This document shows positions 49,632 through 59,002 of a stretch of DNA of 64,000 bases, piece after piece; the first letter of the stretch is position 1, and every line of letters starts with the position of its first letter. The position numbers and the translations under genes are program-made. Under the pieces are notes generated by a model that saw only the letters and a list, made by a program, of their open reading frames with translations, did no database searches and was not told the DNA's origin. Origin of the DNA: Patescibacteria group bacterium (lineage in GTDB: Bacteria > Patescibacteriota > Patescibacteriia > Patescibacteriales > JBAZCA01); assembly GCA_041661505.1 (NCBI GenBank), contig JBAZUF010000003.1, positions 10,772-74,771 of the forward strand, given 5' to 3'.

Positions 49632-50615
49632 ATGGCTTACGATTTAATATCAATTGGAGGGGCTACCGAGGACATAACTTTTTACACCTCCGAAGGCGTG
49701 TTAATGGACAATAAAAAGGATGTCTTAAGGCAGAAGCTAATCTGCTTTGAATACGGAGCTAAAATTAAGGTGGATCGCTCGCATACGACCTTTGGCGGCG
49801 GGGCGGCTAACGTCGCGGTGGCCGGCGCTAGGCTGGGGCTAAAGACGGCTCTTATCGCTTGCGTTGGCAATGACAGCCGGGGAGAAGAGATAAAAAAGAA
49901 TTTGGCCGGCCAAAACGTGGATACCAGCCTAATGGAAACAACCGAAAAAAAGGAAACCGGCTTTTCCTTTCTCTTAACCGGGCCGGGAAACGAGCACGTG
50001 GTTTTTTCCAATCGGGCCTCAAACGACGAGCTTTCGATTAATAAAGACCATCTAACCGCGCTGGAAGAAGCTAAGTGGATTTATATTACCTCGCTGTCCG
50101 GGGAGTGGAAGCCGGTACTGGATAGCGTATTTATGGCCGGCCGGCCGAAGATCGCCTGGAATCCCGGCCACCGGCAGCTTTTAGAGGGTTGCGCGGCAAT
50201 AGCGGAATATTTGAAAAAAGTTGAAGTTTTGATTTTAAACAAAGACGAGGCTATTGAACTGGTTAAATCGAATAAAGGTTATGCCAAAAAAGATAATGAG
50301 TTTTTAAACGATATCAGGAACCTCTTGAAAGTTATGATTTCACTGGGGCCGAAGATAGTCGTAATAACGAACGGCCGGCATGGGGCTTATGCCCAGGACG
50401 AAAAAAAATCATATTTTCAAAAAATTTTTAAAGAGGCAATCAGGCTGAATACTACCGGAGTGGGGGACGCTTTTGGGTCGTCTTTTATCGCCGGATTGCA
50501 AATCTATAAAGGAAATATAAAAAAGGCAATGCTTTTAGGCGTAAAGAATACGGCTTCGGTGGTCGCTCATTACGGCGCCCAAACCGGATTATTAACTAGA
50601 AAAGAAATTATATGA
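49632..50615 (+). CDS. PfkB-family carbohydrate/nucleoside kinase
   Basis: MAYDLISIGGATEDI, GGGAANVAV, and the C-terminal TGVGDAFGSSF anion-hole motif. The ATG at 49632 is preferred. Confidence 0.8.
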   Translation: MAYDLISIGGATEDITFYTSEGVLMDNKKDVLRQKLICFEYGAKIKVDRSHTTFGGGAANVAVAGARLGLKTALIACVGNDSRGEEIKKNLAGQNVDTSLMETTEKKETGFSFLLTGPGNEHVVFSNRASNDELSINKDHLTALEEAKWIYITSLSGEWKPVLDSVFMAGRPKIAWNPGHRQLLEGCAAIAEYLKKVEVLILNKDEAIELVKSNKGYAKKDNEFLNDIRNLLKVMISLGPKIVVITNGRHGAYAQDEKKSYFQKIFKEAIRLNTTGVGDAFGSSFIAGLQIYKGNIKKAMLLGVKNTASVVAHYGAQTGLLTRKEII

Positions 50616-51181
50616 GAATTCCAATAGAAGTATCTGCCAGACACCTGCACTTATCGCCCAAGGACCTGGAAAAACTTTTTGGCCGAGGCTACAAGTTAAA
50701 GAAATTGCATGCCTTGTCCCAAAAGGGCGAATTCGCGGCCAGGGAAGAGGTAAAGATAGCCGGAAAAAAAACTAATTTGGGAGTAAGAATCGTCGGCCCG
50801 GCGAGAAGCAAGACGCAATTGGAAATTTCCGCTTCCGACGCCCACCGGCTGGGAATCTATCCGGCGGTTAGGCTGTCCGGCGATATAGAAAACACCCCGG
50901 GCTTTGAACTTATCGGCCCTAAAGGCAAAGCAGAAGTTAATAGAGGCATGATTATCGCCAAAAGACACCTCCATTTAAACCCGGCTGACGCCAAGAAATT
51001 GAGGCTCGGCCACCGGCATGTAATAAAAGTTAAGACCGAAGGCGAGCGGGAGGTGATTTTTGATAAAGTGGTCGTCAGGGTCGGCAAAAATTTTAAGCTC
51101 TCTTTGCATATTGATACCGACGAGGCTAACGCCGCCGGTCTTTGGAAGAAAAAAAATTACGGAAGATGGCTGCGGAGCTGA
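50612..51181 (+). CDS. pduL: Phosphate acyltransferase PduL
   Basis: Duplicated PduL signature SARHLHLS...GPAR..TQLEIS..DA and AKRHLHLNPADA. ATGA overlap with the pfkB stop. Confidence 0.8.
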   Translation: MRIPIEVSARHLHLSPKDLEKLFGRGYKLKKLHALSQKGEFAAREEVKIAGKKTNLGVRIVGPARSKTQLEISASDAHRLGIYPAVRLSGDIENTPGFELIGPKGKAEVNRGMIIAKRHLHLNPADAKKLRLGHRHVIKVKTEGEREVIFDKVVVRVGKNFKLSLHIDTDEANAAGLWKKKNYGRWLRS

Positions 51182-51233
51182 TGAAATAAAAAGATGGCGT
51201 TTTATTTAGATTTACGATGAGTTAACAATTTTT

Positions 51234-52358
51234 ATGCCGAATATTCTAGTCATCAACTCCGGCTCGACTTCAATAAAGTTCAAGGTCTTTGGCGATAAGG
51301 GAGAAAGCTTTAAAGAAGGGAGCATCGATAATGTTACCGATTACGATAAGGCGATAAAAAATATTTTAAGGCAGATCGGCGACTTTCGGGATATCGCCGG
51401 CATCGGCCACCGGGTAGTTCACGGAGGGGAGAAATTTTTCGAGCCAACGGTGATTAATGATAAGGTTATATCTGAATTGGAGAAAATTAGCGAGCTGGCC
51501 CCGCTTCATAATCCTTATAACCTGGCCGGGGTAAAGGCGGCTATTAATTTTTTACCGGATATTCCCGAGGCGGCGGTTTTTGATACCGGTTTTTACCGCG
51601 ATTTGCCGGAAACGGCAAGTTTTTACGCCCTGCCTAAACAGCTGTCGCTGCGCTATAAAATCAGGCGCTATGGTTTTCATGGCATATCCCATGAGCTGGC
51701 CGGAATGGAAGGCGCGAAAAAGCTGGGTTTGGATTTTAAAAAAGCCAATCTTATAACCTGCCATTTGGGCGGCGGCTGGTCGGTAACGGCGATTAAAAAC
51801 GGCAAAGCCGTTGATACTTCCATGGGCTTTACGCCAATGGAAGGGCTTATGATGATGACCCGTTCGGGCGATATTGATCCGGGAATTATTTTTCTATTGA
51901 TGAAGCATCGCGAGCTTTTGGATGAAACCGACGATAAGGGAAGAATTATTATGGATTTTTCCCATTCCCAAGAAAACGCCGTTAACGTGCATGAAGAGGA
52001 TTTAATGGCCCGCCGGGTAGAAAATATTTTAAACCAAGAGTCGGGGATTAAGGGCCTCACTGAAGGGATTTCCGACTATAAAGAACTTCTAAAAGCAGTC
52101 TCCCTTGGAAAAGAATCGGCAAAAACAGCCTTTGACATGGCGATTCGCCGTCTGGTAAAATACATTGGCTCTTATTACGCCATCCTAGAAGGCAATTTGG
52201 ATGGGATAATATTTACCGGCCGGATCGGCGCCGGCAACCCTATGACAAGAAACTCGGTTATGCGCAAGCTAAAATTCCTAAAATGCCCGGGCATACCGAT
52301 AGAGCCGAATGAAGAAAAGCTTATTGCCGATAAAGTCCGCGAATTATTAAAAATTTAA
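51234..52358 (+). CDS. ackA: Acetate kinase
   Basis: ILVINSGSTSIKF, GHRVVHGG, HNP, RRYGFHGISH and TCHLGGG motifs. Confidence 0.9.
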   Translation: MPNILVINSGSTSIKFKVFGDKGESFKEGSIDNVTDYDKAIKNILRQIGDFRDIAGIGHRVVHGGEKFFEPTVINDKVISELEKISELAPLHNPYNLAGVKAAINFLPDIPEAAVFDTGFYRDLPETASFYALPKQLSLRYKIRRYGFHGISHELAGMEGAKKLGLDFKKANLITCHLGGGWSVTAIKNGKAVDTSMGFTPMEGLMMMTRSGDIDPGIIFLLMKHRELLDETDDKGRIIMDFSHSQENAVNVHEEDLMARRVENILNQESGIKGLTEGISDYKELLKAVSLGKESAKTAFDMAIRRLVKYIGSYYAILEGNLDGIIFTGRIGAGNPMTRNSVMRKLKFLKCPGIPIEPNEEKLIADKVRELLKI

Positions 52359-52371
52359 ATCACATAAGCTT

Positions 52372-52908
52372 ATGAGTTCAAAAACGAAAATTTTATTAGC
52401 CATTCTGGTAATTGCGCTAGCCGCCGGTTCAAGGCTCATAGACCACCCGTTTAACTTTACGCCGATTGCCGCGATGAGCATTTTTGCCGGCTGTTATTTT
52501 CATAAGCGCTGGGGCGTGCTTTTGCCCCTGCTCGCCATGGTATTAAGCGACTACATTATCGGATTTTACCACTGGCCGGTTATGATTTCGGTTTATCTCG
52601 GCGTCGCCCTATCGTATTATATCGGCTGGCAATTGGCCAGAAATAAAAAATGGCCGGGAGTATTGGGAGCCAGCGTTTTTTCCTCGGTATTATTTTTTCT
52701 TTTGACCAATTTTTCAGTCTGGGCTTTTTTTAACTGGTACCCCCACACCTTAACCGGGCTCTTGAACTGCTTTACCCTGGCCTTGCCTTTTTTCAGAAAC
52801 AGCCTGGCGGGAGATTTAACTTATACTCTAATATTCTTCGGGGCGTTTGAAGCGGTGCTTTGGGCGGCCAGAGTCAATAAGAAAGCGCAATTGGCGGAGA
52901 ATTCTTAA
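52372..52908 (+). CDS. Small polytopic membrane protein (possible solitary vitamin/substrate-capture-type transporter)
   Basis: 178 aa with 5-6 TM helices. No catalytic motif. The family call is tentative. Confidence 0.55.
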   Translation: MSSKTKILLAILVIALAAGSRLIDHPFNFTPIAAMSIFAGCYFHKRWGVLLPLLAMVLSDYIIGFYHWPVMISVYLGVALSYYIGWQLARNKKWPGVLGASVFSSVLFFLLTNFSVWAFFNWYPHTLTGLLNCFTLALPFFRNSLAGDLTYTLIFFGAFEAVLWAARVNKKAQLAENS

Positions 52909-52915
52909 ATTACCT

Positions 52916-54517
52916 ATGGGACTTCGCATTTTAAGGGAAGTTTATAAGAGGAAGACCATAGTCAAGTTTATTTTTTCCGGCGGGACAGCGGCCTTTACTG
53001 ACTTGGCGCTCTTATATGCTTTAACGAGCGTATTCGGAATCTGGTACCTTATATCGGCCATGATAGCTTTTGTCGTGGCTTTTTTTGTAAGTTTTTTTCT
53101 GCAGAAATTTTGGACCTTCCGGGATGGCGACAAAAAGAAAATGTACCGCCAGATGACTAAATATTTTATTGTTGGCGTCTTCAATCTGGGCATCAATACG
53201 ATAGGCATGTATTTGACCGTGGATATTTTCCGCGTCTTTTATCTATTTGCCCAGGTGATAGTTAGCGCTTTTGTCGCCATAGAAAGCTTTTTAATCTATA
53301 AGCATTTTATTTTTCGAAAAGAAGGCGAATCATCCGCGGAAGAAAAAAAAGGACAGCGGATATTAATTGCCACCGGGCTTTATCCGCCGGACTTCCGCGG
53401 ACCGGCGACGCTACTGGAGTCTTTGCCCGAAGCCTTGCGCGGCAAGGGATACGAGGTGAAAGTGCTTACCTATTCTGACGCGAAGGAGGTTGAGGGGGAA
53501 GCCGGATTAGTTTACCGGATTAACCGGAATCGAAACGGGTTTTTTAGGAGGGCCGCGTATTTGATTAAATTATGGCGGTTGTCCGACTGGGCTGATTTGG
53601 TCTACGCGACCGATGTTTACGGCGTTGGCTATCTGGTTAATTTTGTCTGCCATATCCAGAGGAAAAAGTATCTTATCCGCTTTACCGGCGACAGCGCCTG
53701 GGAAACCGCTTTGTTAAAAGGCGAAACCCAGGATTATATCAGTGATTTTCAAACTAAAAAATACGGGAGCCGAACCGAAAAATTAAAGGAAAGGAGAAAG
53801 AAAATAATGCTTGGCGCCGCGAAAATTATCGTTGACTGCCGGTTTATGGCCGATATCGCAAAAATTATCGGAGTCGGCGCCGATCAGATTAAAGTGATTT
53901 ACAATTCTTTAAACACCGATAAATTTAAGGAAAGCCAGGCAAGGATAGAGGAAATCAAAAAACAATTCGGTTCAAATTCCCGGTTAATTATCGCCATCGG
54001 CCAGCTAAATCCGTGGAAAGGGTTTGACGGCATAATTAGGGTGATGCCCCGGGTCTTGGAAAGGTTCGGGCCGGACGCTAAGCTTTTGATCCTGGGTGAA
54101 GGGCCGGAAAAGGAGAAATTAAATGAGCTCGCCAAAGAAAAAGGCGTTTCGAAAAATGTTTTTTTCTTGGGAAAGATCGCGCATTCGGACATTATTAATT
54201 ATCTTAAAGCCGGTGATTTATTTATCCTAAATTCCAATTACGAAGGCTGTTCGCATTTAATCCTTGAGGCCATGCACGCCGGATCGCCGATAATCGCTTC
54301 CCGGTCAGGCGGCAATCCTGAACTAATAGGCGGGGAAAAAGAGGGACTCTTAGTAAATTACAATAATGAAGAAGAAATTTTCAGAGCCTTATGCGAAATT
54401 CTTGGTAATAAGGAAAAAGCGGGCCTTTTAGCCCTGAATGCCAAAAATAAATCCGCGGAGTATCAATGGGAAAGGGTAGTAGGCGATACTATATGCGCAT
54501 TCAAGGAGGCCTTATGA
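52916..54517 (+). CDS. Fusion of a GtrA-like membrane domain with a family 4 (GT-B) glycosyltransferase
   Basis: The N-terminus has 4 TM helices with a GtrA pattern (KFIFSGGTAAFTDLALLYAL...QKFWTFRD). The C-terminal GT-B domain shows ILNSNYEGCSHLILEAMHAGSPIIASRSGGNPELI. The ATG at 52916 is preferred, because the upstream part overlaps the preceding gene. Confidence 0.75.
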   Translation: MGLRILREVYKRKTIVKFIFSGGTAAFTDLALLYALTSVFGIWYLISAMIAFVVAFFVSFFLQKFWTFRDGDKKKMYRQMTKYFIVGVFNLGINTIGMYLTVDIFRVFYLFAQVIVSAFVAIESFLIYKHFIFRKEGESSAEEKKGQRILIATGLYPPDFRGPATLLESLPEALRGKGYEVKVLTYSDAKEVEGEAGLVYRINRNRNGFFRRAAYLIKLWRLSDWADLVYATDVYGVGYLVNFVCHIQRKKYLIRFTGDSAWETALLKGETQDYISDFQTKKYGSRTEKLKERRKKIMLGAAKIIVDCRFMADIAKIIGVGADQIKVIYNSLNTDKFKESQARIEEIKKQFGSNSRLIIAIGQLNPWKGFDGIIRVMPRVLERFGPDAKLLILGEGPEKEKLNELAKEKGVSKNVFFLGKIAHSDIINYLKAGDLFILNSNYEGCSHLILEAMHAGSPIIASRSGGNPELIGGEKEGLLVNYNNEEEIFRALCEILGNKEKAGLLALNAKNKSAEYQWERVVGDTICAFKEAL

Positions 54518-55962
54518 ATAAAATAATTTTGATCAATCCGCCCTTTAATATCGCTAAAGACAATTATGACAGCTCGGTTTCGGTCGGGCTTTTATCCATC
54601 GCCACGTACCTTGATAGCCGGGAGTATGGCGTTAAAATAATTGACGGAGTAAGGCAGAAAAATTATTTTGCCGAAATCGAAAAATTAGCGCCGGACTGCG
54701 AATATTTCGGATTATCGGTTATGACCATGCAGATTCCGGAAGCTTTGAAGATTTCCCAAAGGATAAAAGAATTAAATCCCAAAGCTAAAATCATCTGGGG
54801 CGGAGCCCACCCGACTTTTTTTACGAAAGAGACGGCAAGCCATCCTTTGGTTGACTTGGCGGTTTTTGGTGAAGGGGAAAAAACAGTCGAAGAAGTGCTC
54901 TCTGGCCGGGTATTAAAAGAAATTAGCGGATTGGCTTTTAAGGAAAACGGCGCAATAACCGTAAATACGGCGCGAGAATTAACCGATCCTCGCGAAATGC
55001 CTTTATTTAACTGGGATTTAGTTGCCGGCGAAGTGCTCGAAAATTTGTATCTCATTCCATCCTTAACTTCAAGGGGCTGTCCGCACCAATGCACGTTTTG
55101 CATAAACGCGATTTTAAAAAATCGCTTTAGGCCCCGGTCTTCAGAACAAGTAATCCGCGACTTAGAAATTATCCAGGCGAAGAGCTATTTTAAAAATAAG
55201 AAAATAAGGTTTTGGGACGAGAATTTTTTCGTGGATATAAATCGGGCCAAATCGATCGTGGACGGGATGATTTCCCGGAGGCTTATTATACCCTGGGAAA
55301 CGACGGTCCGGGCTAACTATCTTCGCGCCGGAATGATTGACGGCGAATTTATGGCCCGCATAAAGAAATCCGGCTGTTATCTTTTGTCTTTTGGCGCCGA
55401 GTCGGGGAGCCCGGCAATTTTAAAAAAAATAAAGAAAGGAATTACGCCGGAAGAAATTATTAATTCGGCCAAGATGTGCTTAAGGCATGATATTATTCCC
55501 CAGTATTCGTTTATGATCGGACTTCCCGGAGAAACTAAGAAAGACATGAAGATGACTCTTCGGCTGATAGACGAACTGTTATCTTTGAGCGATAAAGTGC
55601 AAATTCTCGGACCCCAGGCTTTCCGGCCATATCCCGGGTCTGAACTTTATTCCGAATGCGTTAAGTCCGGCTGGCGTTCGCCTGGCAGTCTGGAAGAGTG
55701 GGCCGAACTCGCGCGAAATGAATTAAGCTACCTGGCCGTTAAAAACTTTCCCTGGGTAAAGGACAAAAGCTATGTCGAATCAATGGAAGCTTATGTTCGT
55801 TTCGGCGCTCATAGCTTAAAAAGCTCCCTTGGTTCTTCGGTTAAGGCGGGTAAATGGCTAAAGCTCGGATTCGTTTTATTATGCAAACTGCGCTGGAAGC
55901 TGAAATTTTTTTATTTTCCCGTTGAATTCAAGCTGGCTAAATATTTTGTTGTTGGAAAATAA
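54514..55962 (+). CDS. B12-binding-domain radical SAM protein (class B) #1
   Basis: SD aggagg lies 5 nt upstream of the ATG at 54514. The N-terminal Rossmann-like region (KIILINPPF...) has the layout typical of B12-binding rSAM enzymes. CxxxCxxC cluster SRGCPHQCTFC. Confidence 0.85.
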   Translation: MNKIILINPPFNIAKDNYDSSVSVGLLSIATYLDSREYGVKIIDGVRQKNYFAEIEKLAPDCEYFGLSVMTMQIPEALKISQRIKELNPKAKIIWGGAHPTFFTKETASHPLVDLAVFGEGEKTVEEVLSGRVLKEISGLAFKENGAITVNTARELTDPREMPLFNWDLVAGEVLENLYLIPSLTSRGCPHQCTFCINAILKNRFRPRSSEQVIRDLEIIQAKSYFKNKKIRFWDENFFVDINRAKSIVDGMISRRLIIPWETTVRANYLRAGMIDGEFMARIKKSGCYLLSFGAESGSPAILKKIKKGITPEEIINSAKMCLRHDIIPQYSFMIGLPGETKKDMKMTLRLIDELLSLSDKVQILGPQAFRPYPGSELYSECVKSGWRSPGSLEEWAELARNELSYLAVKNFPWVKDKSYVESMEAYVRFGAHSLKSSLGSSVKAGKWLKLGFVLLCKLRWKLKFFYFPVEFKLAKYFVVGK

Positions 55963-56040
55963 TTTGAGCCTTAGACTGGACAGTAATGCAATCTCAATTA
56001 AGGAGCCTTAGCCTGTTATAGAGTAATCTTTATTAACCTT

Positions 56041-57141
56041 ATGAAGATATTATCATTAAGCCTGGACAGTAATTATGCCAAACCTGATTCGCCGGTTTCT
56101 TTGCGGACCAAAGAATACGGGGCGCTGGCGGATCTTTACTGGGTTATTGCCCCGGGAGAAAGGGGCGCCAACCTGGAGCTAGGTGAAAAAGTTAAGGTAA
56201 TTTTTTCGGGCGGGCATACGAAGCCAGTAAGGCTCGCGCGGATTTACCATATTGCCAGCCGGGTCATTAAGGAAAATAAATTCGATGTAATAACCGTGCA
56301 AGACGCATATTTTCTAGCCATGCTCGGCTGGGTTATTGCTAAAAGATTTGATCTGGGCCTGGAATTGCAAATCCACGGGTTTGAAAAATTTTTTGGACTA
56401 AGAAAAATTATTGCTAAGTTCGTTCTTCCTAAAGCCGATTCAATTAGAACTGTAAGCCAAAGGATGAAAAATTTTCTAATCAATAATTTTAATATCAAGG
56501 AAAAGGCAGTAACGGCTGTTCCGGTTTATTATGACGTAAAAAGGCCGGCCGTTCCCGAATTCAGGCATTCCGCGTCCGGCCAGCCGGATGGCGAAAAAGA
56601 AATTTTTGTATTTTTAACTGTTGCCAGGCTGGCGGCAGTTAAAAGGATTGATTCGCAGGTTATGGCACTGGCGCAAATTGTAAAAAAATTTCCCCAAGCC
56701 AGGTTATGGATTGCCGGTTCAGGTCCGGAGGAGAAAAGGCTTAAAGAACTGGCCCGGAAAACACAGCTTGAAAACTACGTCCAATTCTTCGGCTGGCAGG
56801 AGAATCCGGATGAATTTTATTCCCGGGCCGGCGCCTACCTCCTTACTTCGGATTCGGAAGGCTGGGGAATGTCGGTAATTGAGGCGGCGGCTTACGGACT
56901 GCCGATAATCATGACCGACGCCGGCTGCGCCGGAGAAATAATAATTAATGGAGAAAGCGGAATAGTAGTACCGGCCGGAAATACGCGTGAATTAATTAGA
57001 AGCATGGAATTGCTGATTAGTGATCCGGAGCTAAGGAAAAAACTCGGCCAAGGGGCAAAAGCGGCTTTAAAAAAATTAAAAACCAAGGAAGAAACTTTGA
57101 AGCTCTACAAAAAGAGCTGGGAGCGGGCAATAATAAAATAA
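56041..57141 (+). CDS. Glycosyltransferase family 4 (GT-B)
   Basis: LLTSDSEGWGMSVIEAAAYGLPIIMTDAGCAGEII is the E-x7-E type motif. Confidence 0.8.
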   Translation: MKILSLSLDSNYAKPDSPVSLRTKEYGALADLYWVIAPGERGANLELGEKVKVIFSGGHTKPVRLARIYHIASRVIKENKFDVITVQDAYFLAMLGWVIAKRFDLGLELQIHGFEKFFGLRKIIAKFVLPKADSIRTVSQRMKNFLINNFNIKEKAVTAVPVYYDVKRPAVPEFRHSASGQPDGEKEIFVFLTVARLAAVKRIDSQVMALAQIVKKFPQARLWIAGSGPEEKRLKELARKTQLENYVQFFGWQENPDEFYSRAGAYLLTSDSEGWGMSVIEAAAYGLPIIMTDAGCAGEIIINGESGIVVPAGNTRELIRSMELLISDPELRKKLGQGAKAALKKLKTKEETLKLYKKSWERAIIK

Positions 57142-57213
57142 AAAGCATTTATATCTTACGATATAACTTTCATTCGCTCGTCCCGCATCCCGCGGGGCTC
57201 GCTTATATCAATT

Positions 57214-57912
57214 ATGAAAACTTTATCAATAGTCATTCCAGTTTATAATGAAGAAAATACGATTTTAAAAATTATCGGAGCTATTGAGTCAGTGGACCTG
57301 CGGGAGATTAACAAGCAATTAATTATCGTTGATGACAAATCAATTGACGGCACCAGGAAAATTCTGGAAGGAATAAAAGGAAAATACAAGGTAATTTTTA
57401 AGGAAGAGAATGGCGGAAAGGGAAGCGCCATCCGGACGGGTTTTAGGGAAGCCCAAGGCGACATAGTTCTAGTCCAGGATGCTGACCTGGAATATGATCC
57501 GGAAGAATATCCGAAGCTGATTTCTCCTATTTTAGACGGTAAAGCCGACGTAGTGTACGGTTCGAGGTTTATGGGAGGCGAGCCGCACCGGGTGCTTTAT
57601 TTTTGGCATTCGGCCGCCAATAAACTGCTTACTCTTTTATGCAACATCTTCAGCGGCTTGAATTTAACTGACATGGAAACCGGCTATAAAGTTTTTACCC
57701 GGGAGGCGCTAGGAAAGTTAGCGCCCAGGCTTACCGCCAATCGTTTCGGCATTGAACCGGAAATGACCATCAAAATCGCCCGGTTAAAGCTTCGGGTTTA
57801 TGAAGTGGGAATTTCTTACTCCGGCCGGACTTATGCCGAAGGAAAAAAAATAAATTGGAAAGACGGCTTTGCCGCCGTCTGGCATATAATCAAATACGGG
57901 ATCATTTCTTAA
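57214..57912 (+). CDS. Glycosyltransferase family 2 (polyprenol-phosphate glycosyltransferase-like)
   Basis: LSIVIPVYNEE, IIVDDKSIDGT and QDADLEYDP (DxD) motifs. Confidence 0.85.
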   Translation: MKTLSIVIPVYNEENTILKIIGAIESVDLREINKQLIIVDDKSIDGTRKILEGIKGKYKVIFKEENGGKGSAIRTGFREAQGDIVLVQDADLEYDPEEYPKLISPILDGKADVVYGSRFMGGEPHRVLYFWHSAANKLLTLLCNIFSGLNLTDMETGYKVFTREALGKLAPRLTANRFGIEPEMTIKIARLKLRVYEVGISYSGRTYAEGKKINWKDGFAAVWHIIKYGIIS

Positions 57913-57915
57913 TAT

Positions 57916-58995
57916 ATGAAGCTTTTAGTAATAACCCAAAAGGTGGATATTAATGACGATCTTTTAGGCTTCTTTCATAAGTGGCTGGAAGAGCTGGCGG
58001 CGCGCTGGGAGAAGCTAACCGTAATCACCCTTGGCCAGGGAGAGACGAAACTGCCGGCTAATGTCCGGGTCTTAAGCCTGGGAAAGGAAAAAGGGGCGCC
58101 CAGAATGTTTAGAAAATCCATTTACACATGGAATTTTTTTAAGCTGATTATAAGGGAACGGAAAAATTATGACGCGGTTTTTGTCCACATGAACCAGGAA
58201 TACGTAATCCTCGGCGGCCTTCTTTGGAAATTGTGGAATAAAAAAATCGGCTTTTGGTACGTCCATAAAAAAGTGAGCTTTAAACTGCGGCTGGCCGAAA
58301 AGCTGGCGGATTATATTTTTACCGCTTCCGAAGAAGGCTTTAGGCTGGGGTCAAAAAAAGTTTTGATCACTGGCCATGGTATTAATACGGAACAGTTTAG
58401 TCCGGCAAAAGCGGAAAGAAAACCAGAGGGCGCCTTTAAAATAATTTACGTCGGACGCATCAGCCCGATAAAAAATCAAAAGTTATTGGTCGAGGCTTTG
58501 GATATATTGGTGAATAAAAAAGGCATCACTGATTCGCGGATTAAATTTATCGGCGCGCCGGTTTATCCTGAAGATGAAGCTTACTTAGGACAATTGAAAG
58601 AAGCGGTTAGGAGGGATAAGCTGGAAGGGTGCGTGGACTTCATCGGCAGCGTCCCATACCGGGAAATCTCTAAATATTATGCCGAGGCCGATTTGGCCGT
58701 AAATTTATGCCCAACCGGCGGGATGGACAAGGCGGTTTTGGAAGCTATGGCCGCCGGGCTGCCGGTCATTGCCTATAATAAAGCTTTTGTTTCTTTGTTT
58801 GGACAATATGCCGGTCTAATGGTATTGGAAAATGACGACAAGATAGAGCTGGCAAAAAAAATAACGGCCCTGAAAATTCTGCCTTTAGGCGAGAAGATAG
58901 TTTTGTCGGAGCGCTTAATATCTATAGTAAAGGAGAGATACAGTTTGGGAAATTTGATTGAAAAGATAACCAAAAAATTCCAAAGCCGCGAATAA
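57916..58995 (+). CDS. Glycosyltransferase (GT-B, family 1/4-like)
   Basis: C-terminal GGMDKAVLEAMAAGLPVIAYN motif, and ~360 aa GT-B length. Confidence 0.7.
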   Translation: MKLLVITQKVDINDDLLGFFHKWLEELAARWEKLTVITLGQGETKLPANVRVLSLGKEKGAPRMFRKSIYTWNFFKLIIRERKNYDAVFVHMNQEYVILGGLLWKLWNKKIGFWYVHKKVSFKLRLAEKLADYIFTASEEGFRLGSKKVLITGHGINTEQFSPAKAERKPEGAFKIIYVGRISPIKNQKLLVEALDILVNKKGITDSRIKFIGAPVYPEDEAYLGQLKEAVRRDKLEGCVDFIGSVPYREISKYYAEADLAVNLCPTGGMDKAVLEAMAAGLPVIAYNKAFVSLFGQYAGLMVLENDDKIELAKKITALKILPLGEKIVLSERLISIVKERYSLGNLIEKITKKFQSRE

Positions 58996-59002
58996 TGATT
59001 GT

